A stretch of DNA of 64,000 nucleotides from the human T2T-CHM13v2.0 reference genome, Homo sapiens, in NCBI RefSeq assembly GCF_009914755.1, contig NC_060929.1. One strand, written 5' to 3'. Below, one piece after another: positions 31,717 through 47,799 of the stretch (position 1 is the first letter of the stretch; every line of letters begins with the position of its first letter). The position numbers and the translations under genes were made by a program. Below the pieces are notes generated by a model. That model did not search any database. It saw nothing but the letters and a program-made list of their open reading frames with translations, and was not told the origin of the DNA.

Positions 31717-31810
31717 GGTTTCAAAGAATTATTTATTTCTGCCTTAATGTCGTTATTTACCCAGGTTTCAAAGAATTATTTATTTCTGCCTTAATGTCGT
31801 TATTTACCCA
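31717..31810. repeat. Perfect 47-bp tandem duplication in L1 ORF2
   Basis: GGTTTCAAAGAATTATTTATTTCTGCCTTAATGTCGTTATTTACCCA twice. Confidence 0.95.
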
Positions 31811-32663
31811 GTAGTTATTCAGGAGCAGGTTGTTCAGTTTCCATGTAGTTGTGCAATTCTGAGTGAGTTTCTTAATCCTGAGTTCTAATTTGATTGCACT
31901 GTGGTCTGAGAGACTGTTATGATTTCCGTTCTCTTGCATTTACTGAGGAGTGTTTTACTTCCAATTATGTGGCCAATTTTAGAATAAGTGAGATGTGGTG
32001 CTGAGAAGAATGTATATTCTGTTGATTTGGGGTGGAGAGCTCTGTAGATGTCTATTAGGTCCACTTGTTCCAGACCTGAGTTCAAGTCCTGAATATCCTT
32101 GTTAATTTTCTGTCTTGTTGATCTGTCTAATATTGACAGTGGGGTGTTAAAATCTCCCACTATTATTGTGTGGGAGTCTAAGTCTCTTTGTAGGTCTGTA
32201 AGAACTTGCTTTATGAATCGGGATGCTCCTGTATTGGGTGCATATATATTTAGGATAGTTAGCGCTTCTTGTTGCATTAATCCCTTTACCATTATGTAAT
32301 GGCCTTCTTTGTCTATTTTGATCTTTGTTGGTTTAAAGTCTGTTTTATCAGAGACTAGCATTGCAACCCTTTTTGTTTTTTGCTTTCCATTTGCTTGGTA
32401 ATTTATTCCTCCATCCCTTTATTTTGAGCCTATGTGTGTCTTTGCATTAGATGGGTCTCCTGAATACAGCACACCAATGGGTCTTGACTCTTTATCCAAT
32501 TTGCCAGTCTGAGTCTTTTAATTGGGGCATTTAGCCCGTTTACATTTAAGATTAATATTATGTGTGAATTTGATCTTGTCATTATGATGCTAGCTGGTTG
32601 TTTTGCCCATTAGTTGATGCAGTTTCTTCATAGTGTTGATGGTTTTTACAATTTGGTATGTTT

Positions 32664-33017
<354 letters not shown>

Positions 33018-33167
33018 TTAGTGCTTCCTTCAGGAGCTCTTGTAAGGCAGGCCTGGTGATGACAAAATCTCTCAGCATTTGCCTGTCTGTAAAGGATTTT
33101 ATTTCTCCTTCACTTATGAAGCATAGTCTGGCTGGATATGAAATTCTGGGTTGAAAATTATTTTCTT

Positions 33168-34742
33168 TTCTTTTTTTTTTTTTTATTGATCATTCTGGGG
33201 TGTTTCTCGCAGAGGGGGATTTGGCAGGGTCATAGGACAATAGTGGAGGGAAGGTCAGCAGATAAACAAGTGAACAAAGGTCTCTGGTTCTCCTAGGCAG
33301 AGGACCCTGTGGCCTTCCGCAGTGTTTGTGTCCCTGGGTACTTGAGATTAGGGAGTGGTGATGACTCTTAACGAGCATGCTGCCTTCAAGCATCTGTTTA
33401 ACAAAGCACATCTTGCACCGCCCTTAATCCATTTAACCCTGAGTGGACACAGCACATGTTTCAGAGAGCACAGGGTTGGGGGTAAGGTCACAGATCAACA
33501 GGATCCCAAGGCAGAAGAATTTTTCTTAGTACAGAACAAAATGAAAAGTCTCCCATGTCTACTTCTTTCTACACAGACACGGCAACCATCCGATTTCTCA
33601 ATCTTTTCCCCACCTTTCCCCGCTTTCTATTCCACAAAACCACCATTGTCATCATGGCCCGTTCTCAATGAGCTGTTGGGTACACCTCCCAGATGGGGTG
33701 GTGGCCGGGCAGAGGGGCTCCTCACTTCCCAGTAGGGACGGCCGGGCAGAGGCGCCCCTCACCTCCCGGACGGGGCGGCTGGCCGGGCGGGGGGCTGACC
33801 CCCCCCCCACCTCCCTCCCGGACGGGGCGGCTGGCTAGGCGGGGGCTGACCCCCTCACCTCCGTCCCGGACGTGGTGGCTGCCGGGCGGAGACGCTCCGG
33901 GCAGAGACGCTCCTCACTTCCCAGACGGGGTGGCTGCCGGGCGGAGGGGCTCCTCACTTCTCAGACGGGGCGGTTGCCAGGCAGAGGGTCTCCTCACTTC
34001 TCAGACAGGGCGGCCGGGCAGAGACGCTCCTCACCTCCCAGATGGGGTCGCGGCTGGGCAGAGGCGCTCCTCACATCCCAGACGGGGTGGCGGGGCAGAG
34101 ACGCTTCCCACATCTCAGACGATGGGCGGCCGGGCAGAGACGCTCCTCACTTCCTAGATGGGATGGCAGCCGGGAAGAGGCGCTCCTCACTTCCTAGATG
34201 GGATGGCGGCCGGGCAGAGACGCTCCTCACTTTCCAGACTGGGCAGCCAGGCAGAGGGGCTCCTCACCTCCCAGACGATGGGCGGCCAGGCAGAGACGCT
34301 CCTCACTTCCCAGATGGGGTGGCGGCCGGGCAGAGGCTGCAATCTCGGCACTTTGGGGGGCCAAGGCAGGCGGCTGGGAGGTGTAGGTTGTAGCGAGCTG
34401 AGATCACGCCACTGCACTCCAGCCTGGGCACCATTGAGCACTGAGTGAACGAGACTCCGTCTGCAATCCCAGCACCTCGGGAGGCCGAGGCTGGCAGATC
34501 ACTCGCGGTTAGGAGCTGGAGACCAGCCTGGCCCACGCTGCGAAACCCTGTCTCCACCAAAAAAATACGAAAACCAGTCAGGCGTGGCGCGCGCGCCTGC
34601 AATCGCAGGCACTCAGCAGGCTGAGGCAGGAGAATCAGGCAGGGAGGTTGCAGTGAGCCGAGATGGCAGCAGTACAGTCCAGCTTCGGCTCGGCATCAGA
34701 GGGAGACTGTGGAAAGGGGAGACAGAGAGGGAGAGGGAGAGG
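33168..34742 (-). mobile_element. SVA retrotransposon (SVA_D-like)
   Basis: Poly-T, SINE-R, GC-rich VNTR (~33685-34335), Alu-like domain, short (GAGAGG)n hexamer; perfect 16-bp TSD TGAAAATTATTTTCTT at 33152-33167 and 34743-34758. Confidence 0.96.
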
Positions 34743-36577
34743 TGAAAATTATTTTCTTAAGAATGTTGAATATTGGCCCCCACTCTCTTCTGGTTTGTAG
34801 GGTTTCTTCAGAGAGATCCACTGTTAGTCTGATGGGCTTCCCTTTGTGGGTAACCCGACCTTTCCCTCTGGCTGCCCTTAATATTTTTTCCTTCATTTCA
34901 ACTTGGTGAATATGACGATTATGCGTCTTGGGGTTGCTCTTCTAAAGATACTCCTCGAGAATTTTTTTGTATTTTTAGTAGAGACGGAGTTTTGCAATGT
35001 TGGCCAGCCTAGTCTCGAACTCCTGACCTCCAGTGATCCACCCGCCTCAGCCTCCCAAAGTTCTGGGATTACAGGCATGAGCCACTGTGCCTGGAAATAG
35101 CTCAGTTTTGATATCCCTCAGTGCCAGGATGGACCTATCCTGGATTGTTGGTCTCATTCCATGTTGTAGGGAGTCATTGACAACTAGGAGTCAGCGTCAA
35201 AACTCTTTTAGCCACGTTTGAGCAACAAGGGAGGTTTGGAGGGAGTAGCTCTCAAGCTAAGTTTACCTGGAGTTCATTATTAAGTTTAATTTTATCAGTT
35301 CCATAGGTGTTTCCTATCACCTCAAAGTGCTGGGCCAGCATTATTCTGTTAGGCATTGTAGTTTGGCAGAATTTTAACAAGTAATAGCTACAAAGTTTAA
35401 AAAGAATAATAGAAAGTAAAATGATAATCTCGGTTTGTGTAATAGTTTTCAGCCATGAACCTAGGATTCAAGGTTCAATTAAACCTTTGAATCAATTGAA
35501 TAAATCAAATGACCACGGAGAACTAGGTGACACCTTTTGTAACTGTGTGGCCTGTTTTCTTATTTTGCATATATGGGTCTCAACTTTCCCAAAGGCCATT
35601 ATCTAGTTACAGCATAAAGTATTAGCAACAGCACAGAAATTTCCTTATCTAACTAATAGATAATATAGACCAATTTTGTCATCTAGGATCCCATGACTGG
35701 GTGGAATTAAAGCAGAGAGAGAGCAACAGTTGTATTAGGGATGTTGCCAAGGTCACCCACTAGATGGACTAAAGGATCCCTTAAACCAGTTTCTGTCAAG
35801 TTACCAACAGAAGCTGCTGATTGTGAAATTTCAATTACACCGTTATCCTGCCAAGTGAAAAAGGTAGGATTAAGAGGAGTAGGAGTCTGATTATGTAGTC
35901 TTGTTCTAACGTCTAGGGAAAAGCTGTCTGCAGCATGAAAATGTCAACTTATTGTCCTGGTTTTCAGTTTTGAATGTCTGGTTATGGCACTGGATGGTTT
36001 GGTGAACTTTCTGTGTGACTCATCATCAGCCATGAGACTTGCCCCTTAAAATTTATCTAGTTTTAGCTTTTAGGATTTCAGGAACAGAGCAGTTCCTGTT
36101 TTTACTAATTTCATGGAAGAAAAGATGGGAGGAATCTAGAAGAATTTAAGATTTAGTTCAGTCTACCAGTGTATAACAGGAACTCAAAGACAATGCACAG
36201 GGCTATAATCTAAGAACAGATGTATTAACAGCCTTACTCACTGTAAGGCTGGGAACCCTTGAAGCCAGGCATTATATGCACATTCTCAAATATGATGCTC
36301 TAGTTAAAGCCTTGGTAATATATATAACCAATGTTTCCAACTGCATCCTGTTATAAAGAGAGAGCAAATTTTATTAAACTTAGGTAAATAATTCTTGCCA
36401 TAAAAAATAAGAATACTCATGGATAGTTTCTGAATTTTAGAGGAATCAAATAGGGACAAAAAAATGTTTCCACCTTTGTTCACAAAGTATACCAAATTAC
36501 TGTAAACTAATAAGTAGCTTAAGAGAAAGAAAAGGTTTCCTTAAAGCTAGAAAACAAAATATTTAAATAAAGAACCT

Positions 36578-36836
36578 GGCTAGGCATGGTGGCTCATGCC
36601 TGTAATCCCAGCACTTTGGGAGGCCGAGGTGAGCAGATCACCTGAGGTCAGGGGTTCGAGACCAGCCTGGCCAACATGGTGAAACACTGTCTTTACTAAA
36701 AATACAAAAATTAGCCAGCATGGTGGTGGGCACCTGTAATCCCTGCTACTCCAGAGGCTGAGGTTGCAGTGAGCTGAGATTGTGCCACTGCACTCCAGCC
36801 TGAGCAACAGAGCAAGACTCCACCTCAAAAAAAAAA
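36578..36836 (+). mobile_element. AluS with right-arm deletion
   Basis: GAGGCTGAGGTTGCAGTG junction; TSD AAAGAACC. Confidence 0.88.
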
Positions 36837-36882
36837 GAACCAATAATGTTTCAAATAAAAGTCATAAAAACGTTATCTTCAA

Positions 36883-37160
36883 GACCAGGTGCTGTGGCTC
36901 ATGCCTGTAATCCCAGCACTTTGGGAGGCTGAGGCGAGCTGATCACTTGAGGACAGGAATTTGAGACCAGCCTGGCCAACATGGTGAAACCCTGTCTCTA
37001 CTAAAAATACAAAAAATGAGCTGGGTGTAGTGGCGCACATTCGTAACCCCAGCTACTATGGAGGCTGAGAAAGGAGAATCGCTTGAACCCGGAGGCAGAA
37101 GTTGTAGTGAGCCAAGATCGTGCCACTGCACTCCAGCCTGGGTGACAGAGTGAGACTGTC
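36883..37160 (+). mobile_element. AluS
   Basis: Full dimer followed by T18 instead of poly-A. Confidence 0.88.
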
Positions 37161-38338
37161 TTTTTTTTTTTTTTTTTTAAAGAAAAAGAGCTAACTTGAC
37201 TTTAAAGAGATGAAATGTACATGTAAAATAAAATTTTGTTTTCTGTGAAATTTTACTTCAGAAAATATCCTGACTAAAATAAATTAAAAAATGAGTACTC
37301 CTAAAAAAAAAAAAAAGAAAAGAAAAGAAAGAAAGAAAGTAAGAAAGCCAAGAGCACAGAATCAGGATATACTGGAGGAAAACAACTTTTCTAGGCCTTC
37401 AAGATAGAACATTTCAGTGTCAGGCCGTTAAAGCAGAGTTAGAGCTGGAGAAAAAAAGTTACAGAAGATGAAAAAGTTAAAAGAGAATTATCACCTCACC
37501 AAACAAAAAGATATACCGTCTCAAGGAGAGAAAGTGGAAGACCAAAAGGCAGAAATGTCTGACCTGCAAATCACATGAAACAAGATACAGCAAAAGTTTA
37601 ACTACTGAGATATGAATCTGAGAAGCTTCCACAGGAAAACTCTACCTCAAAATATGAAATTACCATTCTAAATGAAGAAGATTCATTTTAAAACTGATAT
37701 TAGAGAAAGGAAGACTAAAAAACAAACAAAAAAGCTGCACTTCAGAAGGTAGTTGAAAATTTAAGAAACAAATTTCAGAATTAGGTCAAAATCTCTTGCA
37801 AATGTTATTAAAAGCAGATCAATACTTCAAGAAAACATTGTTCTAATATAGGAGACCAGAATTTTAGTTTTCATATCAATGTGTATATAAATATATATAC
37901 ACGTATTTTTTAATTGAAGCAGTCTTTAGACATACTTATAAGTAAGTTTCTTCTAATTATAGCCAACTTGGTCACCACAAATTTCTTTTGTAAATTCATC
38001 CTTCGCAAACTTTCCATGATATACTCAGACCTTCTATGGCATGTTTAGACCTTTAGTTTTGTCCTTCTTTCTTAAATAGTTAGTCATTTTACTTAAGGAT
38101 AAAATTTAATTTCTTGCCTTATTTCTAAGATAACAACAAATCTAAGACTTGCTGTCATTTTAAAAACACCTTTTCTAAAAAGAAACACTACCACATGAAA
38201 TGCACACATTAATTATAGGATACATCCTGGTTATATATGTATTATGGAAACATTCCACATATTAGATTATAAAATATGGTGTTACCAATTGTGTCAGTCA
38301 TTTTAAAACAATTATCTTTTCTCCAATTATTTGTAACA

Positions 38339-38720
<382 letters not shown>

Positions 38721-38786
38721 TAGCATAACTTTCCTGTTTTATTTTTATAGTTTGATATATCTTTCGGGATTTCATAAAGCAGTATA

Positions 38787-39250
38787 TGTGTTAGGCTGTT
38801 CTTGCATTACTGTAAAGAAATCCCTGAGAATACTCATCTCTCACCTTATGCAAAAAATCAATTCAAAATGGATCAAAGACTTTTATATAAAAATTTTTTT
38901 TAATTAAAAAACAAAAGAAATGCCTGAGACTGGGTAATTGATCAAGAAAAGAGCTCACAGTTCCAAAGACTGTACAGGAAGCATGGTGCCAGCATCTGTT
39001 CACCTTCTGATGAGACTTCAGGAAGCTTACAATCATGGTGGAAGGCACAGTGGGAGCTGGCACATCACATGGAGAGAGCAAGAGAGTGAGAGTGGGGGTG
39101 CAAAGGTGCCACAGACTCAAACAACCAGATCTCTCAATAGCTCATTATTGTGAAGACAGCACCAAGCCATGAGGGATATGCCCCCATGACCCAAATACCT
39201 CCCACCAGGCCCCACCTCCAACCTTGGGGATTACAATTCAACATATGGGG
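38787..39250 (-). mobile_element. MSTA-like MaLR LTR carrying an 84-bp L1-derived insert
   Basis: TGTGTTAGGCTGTTCTTGCATT ... GGGGATTACAATTCAACAT; homologous to 18083-18482. Confidence 0.8.
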
Positions 39251-39379
39251 AATACATACATATGTACGTATGTGTCTCCTTACTATTTTTCCCCCCAAAA
39301 AAATGTCCTGGCTATTTGTACCCATTTGTTCCCCCAAATGAATTTTAGAATAATTTTGTCGAAGACTGCATTAGATTGT

Positions 39380-39572
39380 TTCTTTGGGCCGTATAATTAT
39401 TTGTTGCATGGGGTTGTCCTATGCACTGTAGGATATTTAATAGCATCTCTGACCTCTACCCGCTAGATGCCTGCCAGTAGTAACCCCTCAACTTGTGACA
39501 ATAAAAAATGTCTCCAGACATTGCCAAATAGCCCCTGTATGGGAGGTAAAATTGCACCAGTTCAGAACCACT
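39380..39572. mobile_element. MER20 DNA transposon
   Basis: GTGACAATAAAAAATGTCTCCAGACATTGCCAAAT ... CAGTTCAGAACCACT. Confidence 0.75.
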
Positions 39573-39799
39573 ACGTTAGTTTTATAAGTTAATTAAAGGA
39601 GAGTTAATGTCTTTACAATATTGTCTTTCTAAGCGGAAGTACAGTATAACTTTCATTTTATGAGATTTGCTTCTTGGTGATCAGTAAAACTATAAGACTT
39701 CCTTGGGTTTGGTGCCTTTTTATGGAGCTAGTGTTTCGATTTTGAATGACTATGTGTTATGTAGGGTTAAACATATCAATCATGGTAAGCATCACATAA

Positions 39800-39960
39800 T
39801 AAGAATAGCTGGCATTTATGCCAGGTACCATGTCAAGTGCTTTACTTGGATTAACTCATAATCTTCACTGCAACCCCATGAGGTAGGTAGTATTATTATC
39901 CCTGTTTGGTAAATGAGGAAACTAAGGTAGCTTCAACCAGATGCTAACTAGTAGAGCAGG
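39800..39960 (-). mobile_element. MIR
   Basis: AACCCCATGAGGTAGGTAGTATTATTATCCC ... ATGAGGAAACTAAGG core. Confidence 0.75.
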
Positions 39961-40766
39961 TTTACCACCGCTTGTCTCCATCTTTAAGATCCTGGGGCAA
40001 ACTTTTTCAAACCTCATACCAGGTTTCCAAGGGAACATCAGGTGGGGATGGTAGTAGTAAACAGTTAAGTGGAAAAAAGCAAGTCACAAAATATAATTCT
40101 ATTTTTTAAACGGATGGTTTTGGAAAAATAGACTCACGAGAGTTTTTTAATACAAAAATTGTTTTTTAAAACTCCTTTTTTTTTTTGAGATAGAGTCTTG
40201 CTCTCTCACCCAGGCTGGAGTGCAGTGGCACAATCGCATAAGTTAGTGAACTTATTAATATAATATTCACTACAGCTGTATGGAGCTGCCATAGAATAGA
40301 AAGGAAAATTCATCTACATTTTGAATTTAATACATCAGATGTGAAATTAACTTGGGTCTTAAATCAAGTTCAGCTTCCTTGAAAGCCTGCAGATCACTTC
40401 CAACATCCCTCATTTATCCTGAACTGTCTTTGGGAGGTTGGTGGGTCTGGCTACCCATGAAGACAAAGTGTTCCTTCCTGTCTGGTAGGGATTTAGTTTT
40501 GTATTTTTGTATTAGCTAATTTGTAAAGTGTTACCTTATTCCAGTGGGTCTTTTAATAACAGCTTTATTAAAGTATAATTCCATACCATACCATAAAATT
40601 CTCTGAGTTGTGCAGCCATCACCACTATCTAATTTTAGAACATTTACTTCACTCCAGAAGGAAACCCTGTACCCTCCAGTGGGTTCTCTGATTTGCTTAT
40701 GTTTTAAAGGTACATAATCATATCATTTGAAAAATAAATTTTTCCCATTTTAAATTATAAACATTA

Positions 40767-41368
<602 letters not shown>

Positions 41369-41789
41369 TCATAAACTGTAAATACAGGTAAGAAATTCTT
41401 ATGTAAGAACCTGCCCCTATCTATTTCTACTCTAGATAACTACAGTTTTTGTGTATTGCTCCAGAAATTTTCCTTGTGTGTGCACAAACATATTTAAATG
41501 TATAATTCTTTCCCAATGGGATCATGCTAGCTTTTTAAAATTACTTAATATATTATAGGCATTAAAATAAAAACTAAAATTTATATATATTTATATATAA
41601 TTAGTATATATATTTTAAAATTAAAAAATACGTAATAGACATTTAAAAAATTCATACCTCATTCAGACCATTATTCATTTTGCTTGCAATGGTATTCCCA
41701 GTGCACAACATGGTGCCTGGTACATTGTAAGTATTCATTCAATAATCATTTTATCAGCTGCATGTTATTCTAATGTTAGAAAACCATAA

Positions 41790-42065
41790 TTACTCAGGAA
41801 TGGAAAACCAAACATCGTATGTTCTCCCTCATAAGTGGGAGCTAAACTATGAGGATGCAAAGGCATAAGAATGACTTTGGCGACTCGGGGAAGGGGTGAG
41901 AAGGGGGCGAGGGATGAAAGACTACAAATTAGGTTCAGTGTATACTGCTTGGGTGGTAGGTACACCAAAACCTCACAAATCACCACTAAAGAACTTACTT
42001 GTGTGACCAAATACCACCTGTTACCCAAAAACCTATGAAACTAAAAAGAAATTTTAATAAAAATT
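41790..42065 (+). mobile_element. Short L1PB-like 3' end
   Basis: CAGGAATGGAAAACCAAACATCGTATGTTCTC ... CACCACTAAAGAACTTA, A-rich tail. Confidence 0.8.
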
Positions 42066-42586
42066 TTTAAAAACCAAATTTAGCCAGTCTCTTATTGATT
42101 TTAATTTTTTTGATGTTAGACTATGATATGATGAATCCTCTTGCATGGTCATTAAAATACGGTTTTTTTTCTCTGCATTTTATGGTTAAAAAAGGAAAAA
42201 AAAATGTTTGTAGGACAAGTTCCTTGCAGTGGAATTTTGAGGATAAAGAGTAATATGTCTTTTTTTATTTTAATATATACCACTATTGTGGACATTATGT
42301 CATTCCTTGTGACATCCTAGTGTCTGAATCTCAGAACACTAGGAGTGTACAGAACTCCCACCTTCAGAGATACAATCTACTTCTGTGTAAAGAAGCAGAA
42401 ATGGCAGATGCGCAGAAATGGCAGATGCTCACTTTCCCAGGCTCTGGTACACCTAGTGCTCAGACGTGGGACCTAGGTTCTACCAGAAGCTGGTGACAGG
42501 AAGAAGCAGGGCCCAGGTGAACTCAAATTTAGTGAAGATGGCAGCAGCAGTGGCAACTACATACAGCAGTAGTAACGTTCTTTGTT

Positions 42587-42888
42587 TTTTTCTTTTCTTT
42601 TTTTTTTCAGACGGTGTCTTGCTGTGTCACTCAGGCTGGAGTGCAGTCGCACAACCTCAGCTCACTGCAACCTCTGCCTCCCGGGTTCAAGTGATTCTCC
42701 TGCCTCAGCTTCCTGAGTAGCTGGGATTACAGGTATACGCCACCATGCCCAGCTAATTTTTGTATTTTTAGTAGAGACGGGGTTTCGTCATATTGGCCAG
42801 GCTGGTCTCAAACTGCTGACCTTAAGTGATCCGCCCACCTCAGCCTCCTAAAGTGCTGGGATTACAGGCACAAGCCACCGCGCCCGGC
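42587..42888 (-). mobile_element. AluS
   Basis: Reverse Alu dimer. Confidence 0.9.
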
Positions 42889-43042
42889 TGCTTTTCCTAT
42901 TTCAAATGAAGTTATGAATCATCTTATCTGTTACTTTTTAAAATCCCATTGGAATTTTGTTTGTAATTATTAAGCTTATAGATCAATTTGGGTAGAACAA
43001 ATGCTTTTTAAAATTTAAATTTTTGTTATAAAAGGTGTATGA

Positions 43043-46372
<3,330 letters not shown>

Positions 46373-46452
46373 ATTTAGAACAAAGCAATGATATTTGCTT
46401 TTACTGCTCCTATTCAGATGTTGCTGGAAGCCTCAGCTGGTGCAATTAGTTA

Positions 46453-46650
<198 letters not shown>

Positions 46651-47799
46651 CTATTTCCAGATGACATGATTGTCTATGCAGAAGATCTCAAGGAATATAC
46701 CCACCCCCAACAACAACAACAACAAAACCCTCCTAGGACCTAATTGAGGGAGTTTAACAAGGTCACTGGATAGAAATTCAACACAAGCCTTGACCAGGAA
46801 TTTTTTCCTTCAGGAGTATAGCCAACTTAGAAGGACTCTCCACTTCAAACAAACAAACAAACAAACAAACAAACAGGATTCTGACCGAAACTAATTTGCC
46901 CTGCTAGTCAGGCTGGCAAGAATTAACAGAAGTCTCCAAAGAGTAAAATTAACCAAAAACTGTGAACAGAAACTAGAGTGGCAGGCAGCATATCCCATTA
47001 TCAACACCATAAGTGGGTGATAAGCCTCGGGTCAGCAGTTTGCTGGTATAGGTGAATCTGACACTTCCAATTTCTTAAATCCAAAGCCCCAAAAGAAAAG
47101 TGTTCTGGTTTCTGAGCTTTCTTTGTTTTGCTCTAAAATGTGAATAACATTCACCTCACAATGTCTGAAAATAGGGTTAATTAGGAGGCCTGTTGGAGTT
47201 ATTTCCTAGTTTCACTCTGCAGATGCCAAATATCGGGATGCCTTAGTAATCTGTGTTTCTCCTCCCTCTGGCAATACAACTGTTAAAATTAGATAATTTG
47301 TTATCTGTGAAAGTTTAATTGGAGCAATATGTGATGGAAATGCAAATTACTTAATTAGGAGTTAGGGAGAGTATGAGAGAACAATGAAATGAGAATAAAT
47401 TAACAAATATTATTAGATTAAATTTATTTATTAATCGTGTTGGATCCAAGTACCTTATAGCTACCAAGGATACAGGATACAAAAAGAGGTTATTCTCAAA
47501 TGGGGGAGAAGATAATTAAGTATCCTGCAAAATGCCTCATGATATGTGCTATAGTAATATTAGTATGTACAGTGTGCTATGGAACCATCAAAGAGGGGAG
47601 CAACTGACTCTCTCCAAAATTTGAAGAGCAATGCAGTTGGATTCTACTTCCAATCTGTGAAACTGCCTCACAGTTAAAGTACTCTCTGAGGGCCCGGTGA
47701 GAAATCAGGCAGATACCAGAGAGGAATCTATTCTTACAAGATAGCTGCATAGGGTGATATCTGTGACTTTGCGGCTTTTTTAACTGATTGCATTCCCCA

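Larger units (their letters stand above)
35106..38150 (-). mobile_element. MER4-group ERV1 internal sequence, continuing the element whose LTR lies at 27219
   Basis: Resumes exactly at the Alu TSD; typical non-coding ERV-int sequence (TTATCCTGCCAAGTGAAAAAGGTAG, TATAGCCAACTTGGTCAC). Confidence 0.55.

Noticed and set aside
33355-34602. 100-173 aa ORFs
   Set aside because: Translations of SVA SINE-R, VNTR and Alu-like domains
38965-39065. Second MST-derived coding exon analogous to 45010
   Set aside because: ATG is present but the homologous donor lacks GT and the acceptor region is degenerate
40240-40490. Apparently unique intronic stretch as a hidden exon or small RNA
   Set aside because: No convincing ORF, splice-site pair or snoRNA/tRNA box structure could be supported by eye
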